The notes beneath the pieces were generated by a model that worked only from the letters and a program-made list of their open reading frames with translations, was not told the DNA's origin and did not search any database. Positions 8,162 through 17,543 of a stretch of 64,000 nt of DNA are shown piece by piece. The translations under genes were made by a program, and so were the position numbers. How positions within the stretch are numbered: position 1 is the stretch's first letter; each line of letters starts with the position of its first letter. The DNA comes from Candidatus Harrisonbacteria bacterium (GTDB lineage: Bacteria > Patescibacteriota > Minisyncoccia > UBA6257 > UBA11618): the NCBI GenBank assembly GCA_023244855.1, contig JAHFLO010000001.1, positions 5,895 to 69,894 of the forward strand. Reading direction: 5' to 3'.

Positions 8162-8191
8162 ACGCCGCTCTTGAGAAGAGCGGCGTTTTTT
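8162..8191 (+). terminator. Rho-independent terminator
   Basis: acgccgctcttgagaagagcggcgt followed by ttttt. Confidence 0.75.
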
Positions 8192-8294
8192 CTTGCCCAC
8201 GTCCCGTAACGGAGTTACAGTAAAAATAGCAGTTTGCCATATACGGACAGCGTCGTCCGCGTATATATCCCCGTCATGGAAAAAGGAGTTCTCC

Positions 8295-8465
8295 ATGTTC
8301 GATCTGTTCGACCCACTCGATTCATTTCATAGCCCACTATTCCCGCCACCAATTATGTATCCGGACGGAATTCCACTACCACCCCCACGCAAACCGAAAA
8401 GGAGTTCACCATGTCTTGGATCCACGTCCCGCAACAGGCCCTCAAGGTGCAAATCCGCTGGTTGA
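8295..8465 (+). CDS. Possible 56-aa Pro-rich small protein overlapping the GNAT gene start
   Basis: ATG preceded by aaaaggagttctcc, almost the same 17-mer that precedes the next gene. MFDLFDPLDSFHSPLFPPP... No homology evidence. Confidence 0.3.
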   Translation: MFDLFDPLDSFHSPLFPPPIMYPDGIPLPPPRKPKRSSPCLGSTSRNRPSRCKSAG

Positions 8466-8989
8466 TTCGCCGCGACATGCCGGAGGTTTTGGATATCGAA
8501 CGCCAGTCGTTCGAGTTCTCGTGGACCGAAGAAGATTTTCTGTGCTGTTTGCGCCAGCGAAATTGCATCGGCATGGTTGCCGAATACAACCACCGCATCG
8601 TGGGCTTCATGATCTATGAACTGCACAAGGCAAAGCTCCACGTCATAAACTTCGCCGTCGATCCGGAATTCCGTCGGCAGGCCATTGCAACACAAATGAT
8701 TGAAAAATTGGTGGATAAACTCAGCCAGCAACGCCGGCAGGAAATTGTACTCGAACTGCGCGAGTCGAACCTTCAAGCCCAGCTTTTCTTCAAACGCATG
8801 GACTTCAAGGCAGTGCTTGTACTCCGTAGCCACTACGACGACACGGACGAAGACTGCTATGTCATGCGCTTCGGCTTAGAGGAAGATCATCGGCCGGCAT
8901 TCCTGCCATTTCAAGTACCCTACTGCCCCATGCAATCCGCGCACGAATTCGCAGAATGCAACCGCATTAGCGAATACGACGCCGCTTAA
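8411..8989 (+). CDS. GNAT N-acetyltransferase, RimI-like, with a C-terminal extension
   Basis: VLDIERQSFEFSWTEEDF...IVGFMIYE...INFAVDPEFRRQAIATQMIEKL is the RimI/GNAT A-motif pattern. AAGGAG SD. Confidence 0.7.
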   Translation: MSWIHVPQQALKVQIRWLIRRDMPEVLDIERQSFEFSWTEEDFLCCLRQRNCIGMVAEYNHRIVGFMIYELHKAKLHVINFAVDPEFRRQAIATQMIEKLVDKLSQQRRQEIVLELRESNLQAQLFFKRMDFKAVLVLRSHYDDTDEDCYVMRFGLEEDHRPAFLPFQVPYCPMQSAHEFAECNRISEYDAA

Positions 8990-9010
8990 CGAGCGAGACA
9001 GAAAACCCGA

Positions 9011-9046
9011 GCCGTACCGGACACTTGTCCGCCGTACGGCTTTTTT
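9011..9046 (+). terminator. Rho-independent terminator
   Basis: gccgtac...gtacggc stem followed by tttttt. Confidence 0.7.
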
Positions 9047-9069
9047 GATATACTAGGCGCAGAAAACCA

Positions 9070-9140
9070 GCCCCTATAGCTTAATGGTAAAGCACTCGCC
9101 TCTTAAGCGATTGACCATGGTCCGATTCCATGTGGGGGCA
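9070..9140 (+). tRNA. tRNA-Lys (anticodon CUU)
   Basis: Acceptor GCCCCTA/TGGGGGC, anticodon loop CTCTTAA, T arm CATGG-TCCGATT-CCATG. 71 nt. The recG ATG starts 3 nt after its discriminator. Confidence 0.8.
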
Positions 9141-9142
9141 CA

Positions 9143-11272
9143 ATGCTAACGCTCAACACCGAGCTTGCGCACATACAGGGTATTAACAAGCGCCTTCAGG
9201 ACGGCCTGAAAAAACTCGGCCTTATTACCGTCCGCGACTTAGTGCTCCACCTGCCGAACCGCTACGACGATTTTTCGAACGCGGCGACGATTGCCGACCT
9301 CGCCGTCGGCCAGATCGCGAGCGTGCGCGCCCGCGTGGCCAAAATAGAAATGCGCCGATCCTTCCGCCGCAATATGGCAATAGTCGAAGCCGTACTTGAA
9401 GACCGTACCGGCTCCGTGCGCGCCGTATGGTTTAACCAGCCGTATATCCTCCGCTCCCTGCCAGTCGGCACCGTTGGCAACTTCGCCGGCAAGGCGACCG
9501 TTTCGCAGGGCGCACTCTATTTATCGAACCCTGTCTACGAACCGGCGTATGCGGAAACGAAGCACACCGAAGGCCTCGTGCCTATTTATCCCGAAACAAA
9601 AGGTATGACGAGCCGCGGCATCCGCTACCTTATGCGCCCCATACTCGACGCGTTGAAAGACGTTCCCGAATGCGTGCCGCATGACGTTTGCAAAAAACTT
9701 GACCTTCCGTCCTTCCTCGAAGCGCTTCGCATGGTACATATGCCGCAATCAGCGGAAGCGGCGGAGCCTGCTAAAAAACGCATCGCGCTCGAAGACCTGT
9801 TTTTACTACAGCTCACGAACCTGCAGGCGAAAATGAAGTTGGCGCAAGAACCGGCGCACCCCGTGCCATGGACGGATGCGGAACGCGACGCATTACTCGC
9901 GGAACTCCCCTTCGCCCTTACGGGGTCGCAACGAAGCTCGCTCGACGAAATTCTCGCGGATATACAGCGCCCGCACCCCATGAACCGCTTATTACAAGGC
10001 GACGTCGGCTCAGGCAAAACGGTCGTTATAGCGGTCGCCGCGCTTTTAGCCGCGCGGCACGGGTTTCAAACCGCTATCCTCGCCCCTACCGAAACTCTCG
10101 CCCGCCAGCATTACCGCACGTTCGAAAAGATTTTCAATCGAGCGGTGCACGACTGGAGCCTTAACTTCGCCCTCATGACTTCCGCGGAGTGCCGCGCCTC
10201 GTACGGCGAAGGCCTCGAAACGGACTTACCAAAGGCGCGCGTCGCATCTCGCATTAAGGACGGGCATTTAAAGATCGTCATCGGCACCCATGCTTTGCTG
10301 CAAAAGGGCGTTACCTTCCCCCGCCTCGCGCTCGTGGCTGTGGACGAACAGCACCGCTTCGGCGTAGAGCAACGCGCCGCGCTTACGAAGAGCGCAGGGC
10401 ATGGCGCGCGTGCGCTACCCCATTTTCTTTCCATGAGCGCCACCCCGATCCCCCGCACGCTCTCTCTCACCATCTTTGGCGACTTGGACCTTTCGATAAT
10501 CGACGAACTGCCGAGCGGCCGGAAGCCGATCATAACAAAAGTCGTCGCATCGACTGACCGGCCGAAGGCGCACGCCTTTATTCGGCAAGAAATAAAAAAA
10601 GGGCGGCAAGCGTTCGTAATTTGCCCGCGCATCGAGGAAAGCGAAGATTCAGACGATGCTACCGCAATCCCCAATGCATGGAGTGACGTAAAAGCCGTCA
10701 CGCAGGAATACGAAAAGCTGGCGAAGGAAATATTCCCCGACCTCAAGGTCGCCATGCTTCACGGCAAAATGAAAAGCGCTGAAAAAGCCGCGGTGATGGA
10801 CGCCTTCGCGAAAAACAAAACGAACATCTTGGTGGCAACGTCCGTGATCGAAGTGGGCGTGGACGTGCCGAACGCGACGATCATGGCGATAGAAGATGCG
10901 GATCGTTTCGGCCTCGCCCAGCTCTACCAATTCCGCGGGCGCGTAGGCCGTTCCAGCCACCAATCAGCATGCCTCTTATTTACTGCGAACAAGTCAGCGG
11001 TTTCGCGCGAACGGCTAAAGGCCCTTACGACCGCAAAGAACGGTTTTGAATTAGCGGAAAAAGATTTGGCGATGCGCGGCCCCGGCGAATTCTTGGGCCG
11101 CACGCAAACAGGTATGCCGGACATTGCCATGAACGCCTTAAACGATATGGAACTCGTGAAGGCCGCGCGCACGGCAGCAAGCGACGTATTGAAAAAAGAT
11201 AAAGACCTAAAACAAAACCCCCATCTTGAAGAGCGGCTTAACGCATTCCGAAAGGCTGTTCATCTCGAGTAA
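9143..11272 (+). CDS. recG: ATP-dependent DNA helicase RecG
   Basis: 709 aa. GDVGSGKT Walker A, DEQHRFG, wedge/OB N-terminus (LPNRYDD). Confidence 0.9.
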   Translation: MLTLNTELAHIQGINKRLQDGLKKLGLITVRDLVLHLPNRYDDFSNAATIADLAVGQIASVRARVAKIEMRRSFRRNMAIVEAVLEDRTGSVRAVWFNQPYILRSLPVGTVGNFAGKATVSQGALYLSNPVYEPAYAETKHTEGLVPIYPETKGMTSRGIRYLMRPILDALKDVPECVPHDVCKKLDLPSFLEALRMVHMPQSAEAAEPAKKRIALEDLFLLQLTNLQAKMKLAQEPAHPVPWTDAERDALLAELPFALTGSQRSSLDEILADIQRPHPMNRLLQGDVGSGKTVVIAVAALLAARHGFQTAILAPTETLARQHYRTFEKIFNRAVHDWSLNFALMTSAECRASYGEGLETDLPKARVASRIKDGHLKIVIGTHALLQKGVTFPRLALVAVDEQHRFGVEQRAALTKSAGHGARALPHFLSMSATPIPRTLSLTIFGDLDLSIIDELPSGRKPIITKVVASTDRPKAHAFIRQEIKKGRQAFVICPRIEESEDSDDATAIPNAWSDVKAVTQEYEKLAKEIFPDLKVAMLHGKMKSAEKAAVMDAFAKNKTNILVATSVIEVGVDVPNATIMAIEDADRFGLAQLYQFRGRVGRSSHQSACLLFTANKSAVSRERLKALTTAKNGFELAEKDLAMRGPGEFLGRTQTGMPDIAMNALNDMELVKAARTAASDVLKKDKDLKQNPHLEERLNAFRKAVHLE

Positions 11273-11284
11273 CGGAATACCCAC

Positions 11285-11309
11285 AAAAAAACCGCCGAAG
11301 CGGTTTTTT
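11285..11309. terminator. Bidirectional hairpin terminator between recG and the doxX-like gene
   Basis: aaaaaaaccgccgaagcggtttttt. Confidence 0.75.
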
Positions 11310-11326
11310 CGTTATTACTAAATCTA

Positions 11327-11710
11327 CTAATAGTAATACCCGCCGGTCATCGAATACGCGCCCGAATCCAAGAGCGTTATAACGACCATCGTCGCGAGCA
11401 ACAGGAGGTCGAGCTCATAGCCGCCTACCAAGCCCTGCCCTTTGCCGAGCTTCCAGAAGAGCGCCACGAGCATAACGATCGCAAGGGCGAATGCCGCCGG
11501 CTGCGCGAGGAAGCCAAGAATAAGGGCAATGCCGCCAATAAACTCAACAAGCGCTACCGCCGTGCCCCATACGTGCCCCGGCTTAAAGCCCATGGACTCG
11601 AAGTGCTGCGCCGTCATCTTCATCCCCCTTACCTTCGGCCATCCGTGCGCGATAAAAATAAAACCGGCCGCGAGGCGGAGAACGAGCATGCTGATGTCAA
11701 AATCCATCAT
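11327..11710 (-). CDS. DoxX family membrane protein
   Basis: MMDFDISMLVLRLAAGFIFIAHGWPK... is DoxX-typical with 4 TM helices. Start moved to the ATGATG at 11710. Confidence 0.75.
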   Translation of the reverse strand: MMDFDISMLVLRLAAGFIFIAHGWPKVRGMKMTAQHFESMGFKPGHVWGTAVALVEFIGGIALILGFLAQPAAFALAIVMLVALFWKLGKGQGLVGGYELDLLLLATMVVITLLDSGAYSMTGGYYY

Positions 11711-11845
11711 ATAAATTTGAATGTAATGTGTAACTGACGACCTTTTAAATCTTCTACTAATTGTAGCACACGTGATTATCCACAGTGCCGTCCGCAATAC
11801 CCCATCTTGCCGTAACGACAAAAAATAGGCATACTGGAACGCATC

Positions 11846-11917
11846 GCTCTCATCGTCTAACGGCTAGGACGTGCCCCTTTCACGGGCAAAATCGGAGTTC
11901 GATTCTCCGTGGGAGCA
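11846..11917 (+). tRNA. tRNA-Glu (anticodon UUC)
   Basis: Acceptor GCTCTCA/TGGGAGC, anticodon arm TGCCC-CTTTCAC-GGGCA, T arm CGGAG-TTCGATT-CTCCG. Upstream TTGCCG-17-CATACT promoter. Confidence 0.85.
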
Positions 11918-11956
11918 CAAAAACAATAACCCCAAACAGGGGTTATTGTTTTTGTG
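11916..11956. terminator. Palindromic terminator after tRNA-Glu
   Basis: cacaaaaacaataacccc-aaaca-ggggttattgtttttgtg. Confidence 0.75.
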
Positions 11957-12052
11957 CGACGAAGGAGGTTTTGCGATTTATCCCGAGCTTAAGCGAGGTT
12001 AAAATCGCAAAATTTCGTCAGAGGGAAACGAAGTGACGATGACGATCATTTT
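11957..12052. repeat. Structured intergenic element, copy B (two-hairpin module)
   Basis: Hairpin 1: gcgattt[ATCCCGAGCTTAAGCGAGGTTA]aaatcgc (11973-12008). Hairpin 2: aaaat.tcgtc[AGAGGGAAACGAAGTGACGAT]gacga.catttt (12009-12052). Confidence 0.7.
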
Positions 12053-12166
12053 TATCAACGATCGATGCCATGCATCGAGCCAGACACCAAGACTTTACTT
12101 TTTAATAAAAAGACGTATAATATCCCGCAGACCTTACCCATACAACCCTTTTGCACGAGGTATACC

Positions 12167-12625
12167 ATGCTCCGCATCGTTTACGTTTTTACGGACATCT
12201 ACCTGAGCCTCATTGGCGAAAGACGGCTCAACGAATTTCCACTCGGACTGCGCACCATGTGCGAACGAGCCTTCACCCTGACGAACGACTCGCTCGTAAA
12301 TCCCCACACACTCGTCTTCGGCAAGGAGCCTGATCCGGAGCTGCGCGCAAAAAACGGCGTCATGCAATGCGCCGGCAGAAACCAGCTAATCAAAGACTTG
12401 GGATCGGAAGACCTGACGAACGCATGGGCATCGTTTCTCCTATGGCACGATTGGTGGTCGGCTCCGCACTGGACAAACCGCGCCACGGACGACGGCGACT
12501 ACTTTGCCCAATGTACCGACTGCGGCAAAACGACAGAGGGTAAGACATGGCCTGAAAAATGCTCGAATGGCGATTGTCCATCCCACATGAACTGGCACAC
12601 CGTAAACGGCGTCGGGGCATCGTAA
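12167..12625 (+). CDS. Hypothetical protein with a C-terminal Cys-rich (zinc-ribbon-like) segment (islet gene)
   Basis: Start at MLRIVYVF after cacGAGGtatacc. A TATAAT box lies at about 12115. C-terminus reads QCTDCGKTTEGKTWPEKCSNGDCPSH. Confidence 0.5.
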   Translation: MLRIVYVFTDIYLSLIGERRLNEFPLGLRTMCERAFTLTNDSLVNPHTLVFGKEPDPELRAKNGVMQCAGRNQLIKDLGSEDLTNAWASFLLWHDWWSAPHWTNRATDDGDYFAQCTDCGKTTEGKTWPEKCSNGDCPSHMNWHTVNGVGAS

Positions 12626-12699
12626 CAACAACCCGAAAACCAAGGCTCGACCAGCATCCACGATGCAGGCCGGGCCTTTTCCATACCAATCAACCGCTA

Positions 12700-12728
12700 T
12701 TGACAAAACGCCCGTAAGGGACTATACT
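12700..12728 (+). promoter_or_regulatory. Sigma70-like promoter TTGACA-17-TATACT for the 3D-domain gene
   Basis: ttgaca aaacgcccgtaagggac tatact, read directly from the sequence. Confidence 0.6.
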
Positions 12729-12781
12729 AATAACAATGAAAATCCCGCTCAAAAGCGGGGTTTTTGTTGCATAAACCCCAC

Positions 12782-13195
12782 ATGAATACATTCATTTTCG
12801 CACTTGCACTAATGAACAGCGTTTCGACTCCTTTAGGGTCCACGGCGGCAACCGCCCCCCTAAAGGCCACTGAACCCGTAAAAATGACGGTTATCGCAAC
12901 AGCATACACTCCCCGCCCGGAGGAAACGGACTCGACCCCGTGGCTTACGGCAGCAGGCACAAAAACGCGCGAAGGCATCATAGCCGCTAACTGGCTGCCC
13001 TTCGGCACCAAGGTAAAAATCGACGGCAAAGTATATACGGTAGAAGACCGTATGAATAAGCGTTACACGGCGGCCTTCCCCCAACACATCGACATCGTCT
13101 TCCTTTCGTACGAAAAGGCGAAAAAGTTTGGTAGGCAGAAAATAGAAATAGAAATCTTGGCGGAAGAAACGAATCCCCTCGGTATAGTTTCTTAA
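12782..13195 (+). CDS. 3D-domain (MltA/RlpA-like) cell-wall-associated protein
   Basis: VIATAYTPRPEETDSTPWLTAAGTKTREGIIAANWLPFGTKVKIDGKVYTVEDRM..IDIVF matches the 3D-domain pattern. N-terminal signal sequence. ATG at 12782. Confidence 0.7.
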   Translation: MNTFIFALALMNSVSTPLGSTAATAPLKATEPVKMTVIATAYTPRPEETDSTPWLTAAGTKTREGIIAANWLPFGTKVKIDGKVYTVEDRMNKRYTAAFPQHIDIVFLSYEKAKKFGRQKIEIEILAEETNPLGIVS

Positions 13196-13204
13196 AGAAA
13201 TTTG

Positions 13205-13900
13205 CTAACCCGCTAACCCACTTACGAAGCCTTCCTCTATGGAAGGCTTTTTAAGTTCTTCGAAATCGCGGAGTACTGCAAAAGCAAGAAGTATCAAAAG
13301 CCCTGTGACGCGGAGCGACGGCCCCCATGCGACCATGAGGTAGTTGAAGATAGTATGGAAAACGGAAGCGATGAGAATGCCATACACAACGAACGTGCGA
13401 ACCTTATGCCGCACGATCCCCCGCGACCAGTAGTAGCCGACGAGCCCTGAAGCAAGCGCATGCAACAGCGTCGCACCGATAAACCGAAGCGTAAGAAGCT
13501 CAGGCGCGGACGTAGCGCGTAACACCGTGGCAACATTTTCTACCGTCGCGAAGCCTAAAGAAGCGACGACCATGTATACCATCGCGTCTATCGGCTCATC
13601 GAATTCCTTGCGGCCGGATATCCAGAAGTACACTGCGGCGAATTTAAGCACCTCCTCAACGGCCGCAAGTGCGAAGACGTGCAAAACGTTCCCGCTCATC
13701 ACACCACCCGCAAGCAAAAAATATTTTGCCGCAATCTGCAGCGGTAAAACCACAAACGTCGCCGCCCCGCCCCAGAAAAAAGTCGATGCGATAAGGCGCT
13801 TTGGCTCCGCGCGCTTGGAATCCTCCTGTAAGAAAAAGAACAGCCAAAAAATCCCCGGCAAGAATCCGAGGCTGCCGTACAAGATGTACGAAAAATCCAT
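13205..13900 (-). CDS. PrsW-family intramembrane metalloprotease
   Basis: 231 aa, multi-TM. AAVEEVLKFAAVYF (EExxK) and ATLLHALASG motifs. Confidence 0.7.
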   Translation of the reverse strand: MDFSYILYGSLGFLPGIFWLFFFLQEDSKRAEPKRLIASTFFWGGAATFVVLPLQIAAKYFLLAGGVMSGNVLHVFALAAVEEVLKFAAVYFWISGRKEFDEPIDAMVYMVVASLGFATVENVATVLRATSAPELLTLRFIGATLLHALASGLVGYYWSRGIVRHKVRTFVVYGILIASVFHTIFNYLMVAWGPSLRVTGLLILLAFAVLRDFEELKKPSIEEGFVSGLAG

Positions 13901-13924
13901 TATCTAACTATAGCACACGCACCA

Positions 13925-16090
13925 CTACCACTCCGCGACCATCAAAAGCGATTTTTCTTTATTAGGTAGCTCCTGCCAAACCGACTCGGTAACAAACGGC
14001 ATAAAAGGATGCAATAACTTTAAAGACCCTATAAGCAATGCATAGAGCACCGCATCCGTCTCGCTCGAAGGGCTATTTTTAGCCTCCTCGATATAGACGT
14101 CGCAATAGTCGTGCCAGAAGAAATCGTACAAGGCGTGGAGTGCCTGCCCGAACTCGTATACGGTGAGATGCGCCTCGACGGCTTTCTTCGTTTCGTCCGC
14201 CCGGCCGAGCACGAGAACGTCCGCTGCGCTCGCCTTACTCATATCAATCTGCACCGAAGGTGCTGTACCGACCCTACCCATTACGAACCGCGCGGCGTTA
14301 TATATTTTATTGGCAAACTTCCGCCCCGCGACAACGGCCGCTTCGTCGAAGCGGATGTCTTGCGTACCCATCGCCTGCCACACGATGCCGAACCGCGTTG
14401 CGTCCGCCCCATATTTTTCTACAAGCGTTAAGGGGTCAATACCTGTACCGAGGGACTTCGACATACGTTTACCATCTTTCGTAAGCACCGTTCCGTGGAT
14501 GAATACGTCCTTGAACGGAACCCCCTTCATAAACTCAAGGCCAGAGAAAACCATACGCCCCACCCAGAGGTTAATAATATCGCGCGCCGTAATAAGCACC
14601 TGCGACGGATAGAACCGTTTGATATCGCCGTGAGATAATCCCGCGAACGGCCATAATGCCGACGAAAACCATGTGTCGCACACATCCTCCGTCTGTTCCA
14701 TGGAACATTGCCTGCAAATAGGGCATATCTCGGGCTTCTCTTTTACCACAACATAGTTTCTCTCAACCCAATCTGTCGCACTACCGAAAACTCTCTGTTC
14801 AACGGGATTCCCTTTGCAAAACCAAACTGGCAAGCGGTGCCCCCACCATAACTGACGCGACACACACCAGTCGCGCGTGTTTTCGAGCCACGCCTTGTAG
14901 GGCGCCGCGAAGTTCTGCGGCACGATATTCGTCTCCCCTTTTTCTAAGGCACCGAGCGTCGCCTTCGCAAGCCGCTCCATTTTTAAAAACCATTGCCGCG
15001 AGGGCAACGGCTCGATAGCCGTACTGCACCGCGAACACACCGCTAAGTTACGGGTATATTTTTCTTCACGCTCTACGAGCCCCGCAGTACGGAGCTCCGC
15101 AACTACCTTCTCCCGCGCTTCGCTGGCTTTAAGCCCATCGAACCGGCCAGCGTTCATCATCTTGCCGCGTGCATCGATTACTTGGAGCATGGGGAGCTTA
15201 TGCCGCTCGCCTATTTCGAAATCCGCAATGTCGTGCGCAGGCGTAACTTTGATAATGCCGGTGCCAAATACCATGTCTGCCGCCTCGTCCCCTACTACGG
15301 GTAAACGTACTGTCACCGTCTTCCCCTCTTCCGCTGTATCAAGCGTCGTAATTTCGACTTCCGTGCCGATGTATTTTTTATAACGCTCGTCGGCTGGGTT
15401 CACCGCGAGCGCCGTGTCGCCAAACTTCGTCTCGGGTCGCGAAGTTGCTACGGTAAACGGCCCATACTTTAAGTAATATAAAACTCCCTCTTCCTCCTTA
15501 TAATCCACCTCCAAATCCGATATGCCCGTAGCGCACCGCGTACACCAGTTAATAGTGCGGTACGCACGGTAGAGCAGGTCTTGCTTGTGATAATGCACAA
15601 AGGCATCCGCCACCGCCTCCGCATACGCAGGGTCGAGCGTAAAACGCGTGCGCGAAATATCAAACGAAGCACCCATGGTTTTAAACTGCCCCATGATGAT
15701 GTCACCGTACTTCTGCTTCCATTCCCATACGCGCGCCATGAAAGCTTCGCGGCCCAGCTTATGGCGGGTGGTATCTTCTTTCTTTAATTCCTTCTCCACC
15801 ACGTTTTGCGCGGCGATTCCGGCATGATCCGTCCCTGGGAACCATACGGTGTCGAATCCTTTCATGCGGTGGTAACGGATTAAGATATCCGTCACCGCGG
15901 CGTTCAGGGCATGCCCCATGTGCAAATTACCCGTGATATTTGGGAGCGGCAAAAAAACCGCAAACGGCTTTCCGCTCTTCTTCGGCAGGTTATCAGGATT
16001 AAAAAAACCCGACTCCTCCCACAAGGCATACATCCGCGGCTCCGCCTCCTTTGCGTCGTACGGCTTCTTTTCTATTTTTTCGCCCTCCAT
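13925..16090 (-). CDS. valS: Valyl-tRNA synthetase (short form, no C-terminal coiled coil)
   Basis: 721 aa. PNITGNLHMGHALN (HIGH) and KMSKSLGTG (KMSKS). Confidence 0.9.
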   Translation of the reverse strand: MEGEKIEKKPYDAKEAEPRMYALWEESGFFNPDNLPKKSGKPFAVFLPLPNITGNLHMGHALNAAVTDILIRYHRMKGFDTVWFPGTDHAGIAAQNVVEKELKKEDTTRHKLGREAFMARVWEWKQKYGDIIMGQFKTMGASFDISRTRFTLDPAYAEAVADAFVHYHKQDLLYRAYRTINWCTRCATGISDLEVDYKEEEGVLYYLKYGPFTVATSRPETKFGDTALAVNPADERYKKYIGTEVEITTLDTAEEGKTVTVRLPVVGDEAADMVFGTGIIKVTPAHDIADFEIGERHKLPMLQVIDARGKMMNAGRFDGLKASEAREKVVAELRTAGLVEREEKYTRNLAVCSRCSTAIEPLPSRQWFLKMERLAKATLGALEKGETNIVPQNFAAPYKAWLENTRDWCVSRQLWWGHRLPVWFCKGNPVEQRVFGSATDWVERNYVVVKEKPEICPICRQCSMEQTEDVCDTWFSSALWPFAGLSHGDIKRFYPSQVLITARDIINLWVGRMVFSGLEFMKGVPFKDVFIHGTVLTKDGKRMSKSLGTGIDPLTLVEKYGADATRFGIVWQAMGTQDIRFDEAAVVAGRKFANKIYNAARFVMGRVGTAPSVQIDMSKASAADVLVLGRADETKKAVEAHLTVYEFGQALHALYDFFWHDYCDVYIEEAKNSPSSETDAVLYALLIGSLKLLHPFMPFVTESVWQELPNKEKSLLMVAEW

Positions 16091-16108
16091 AATCCCCAGA
16101 AGTCTATT

Positions 16109-17119
16109 TTAAATATTCAAATTGGGCAACGCCTTTTCCGTAGGGATACCAGCGCTTAAGTATGAGGCGGCGGCGATCATCACGGCGTTGTCGCCGTTGT
16201 ACTGCATCGCGGGAGCGAAGAATTCCATACCAGCGTCTTCTGCGCGTTTTTTGAGTTCTACGGACAAGGCTGCATTCGACGCCACTCCCCCGCACACTAA
16301 TACCGATTGCGTGCCATTTTCTTCCGCCGCGCGCATGGTTTTCGTTACGAGCACGTCTATCGCCGCTTTTTGGAACGAAGCGCAAACGTCGGGAACAGAT
16401 GCATCCGGATGCGCCTTCGTATGATATAAAACCGAAGTCTTTAATCCTGAGAAGCTGAAATTAAAATCGCCGGAGTGAAGCATAGGGCGCGGGAAGGCTA
16501 TAGCATCGGGATTACCTTCACGCGCTAATTTTTCTACTTCCGGCCCGCCGGGGTACGGAAGCCCCAACATCTTCGCTACTTTATCGAACGCTTCGCCTAC
16601 CGCGTCATCCTGCGTTTCGCCGAGCTTGCGCCACGATTGCATCGAATCCATTACGACAAGCGCCGTATGCCCACCGCTCACAAGAAGCACGACTGCGGGG
16701 AATTGTATTTTTTTCGCCAACTCCACGTCTAACCAATTGGAATACATATGGCCCTCGAGGTGGTTCACGCCAACTACCGGCACGCCCAATTTTTCTCCCA
16801 AGTCTTTCGCGAAATTAATACCCGTCCATAATGCAGGCTCAAGGCCGGGGCCGACGGTGACGGCAATACGGTCGAACTTCGCTTCGCACCCCGCGACTTT
16901 CAATTGTTCTAAAACTTCCGCATATGCGAGCGGCAAATTCAAAAGATGCTCACGTTTAGCTAAAGACGGCACCACTCCCCCGAACGGGCGGTGCGTGGCA
17001 ATCTGCGTAGCGACCACGTGCGCGCGCACGGAAAAAACTGGCGCTTCGGCGCCGCCGGAACAAACGACCACGGCAATTGCCGTTTCATCGCAACTCGTTT
17101 CTATGGAAAGTATGCGCAT
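16109..17119 (-). CDS. tsaD: tRNA N6-adenosine threonylcarbamoyltransferase TsaD
   Basis: MRILSIETSCDETAIAVV..GVNHLEGH. Start set at 17119, and a TATAGT box lies 9 nt upstream. Confidence 0.9.
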   Translation of the reverse strand: MRILSIETSCDETAIAVVVCSGGAEAPVFSVRAHVVATQIATHRPFGGVVPSLAKREHLLNLPLAYAEVLEQLKVAGCEAKFDRIAVTVGPGLEPALWTGINFAKDLGEKLGVPVVGVNHLEGHMYSNWLDVELAKKIQFPAVVLLVSGGHTALVVMDSMQSWRKLGETQDDAVGEAFDKVAKMLGLPYPGGPEVEKLAREGNPDAIAFPRPMLHSGDFNFSFSGLKTSVLYHTKAHPDASVPDVCASFQKAAIDVLVTKTMRAAEENGTQSVLVCGGVASNAALSVELKKRAEDAGMEFFAPAMQYNGDNAVMIAAASYLSAGIPTEKALPNLNI

Positions 17120-17318
17120 GATTAAAAAACTATAATGCCACGGAATAAATAATAACGGAAGATGAATCGTCCTCGTAGAAAGAACTTCCTTATTGCTTCG
17201 CTTCCCTCGGAAGAAATTTTGCAATTTCAACCTCGTAAACTCGGGATGAATTGCAAAACCTCCTCCGGACGTGATTCAAAAACTCTAACCTCGCTATGCT
17301 CGGGAGATTTTTTTCATC

Positions 17319-17363
17319 AAAAAAATACGGCGAGTCGCCCCAAACACTATGGGACGACTCGCC
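17319..17363 (-). terminator. Rho-independent terminator
   Basis: Reverse strand: ggcgagtcgtccc-atagtgttt-ggggcgactcgcc followed by a T-run. Confidence 0.75.
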
Positions 17364-17387
17364 TGCGTAACATTTCGAATCTCGCGA

Positions 17388-17543
17388 TCACTTGCCGCCG
17401 GAAGATGAACCAAAAGGATCACCTCCACGAGGCTTGGTTGTGGTCTCACCGGGAGGGCGTGGACCGCCAAGCGCCGAGGGGAAAATCTTTTCGTCATTCT
17501 TCCTGACGACGGACAATCGATCGCATAGCGCAAAGAGATTCAT
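17388..17543 (-). CDS. Possible 51-aa Gly/Pro-rich small protein (islet gene)
   Basis: ggaaaAGGAattgagcATG gives MNLFALCDRLSVVRKNDEKIFPSALGGPRPPGETTTKPRGGDPFGSSSGGK. Followed by a strong terminator (17319-17363). Confidence 0.4.
   Translation of the reverse strand: MNLFALCDRLSVVRKNDEKIFPSALGGPRPPGETTTKPRGGDPFGSSSGGK

Noticed and set aside
8295-8989. GNAT toxin / small antitoxin (TacT/AtaT-like) pair
   Set aside because: The acetyltransferase sequence looks like RimI. The upstream small ORF has no RHH/DUF1778-like features and overlaps by 55 nt, which is not the usual few-nucleotide coupling.
12729-12781. c-di-AMP (ydaO-type) riboswitch upstream of the cell-wall 3D-domain gene
   Set aside because: The leader is only about 50 nt, far shorter than that riboswitch class, and has none of its pseudo-symmetric helices.
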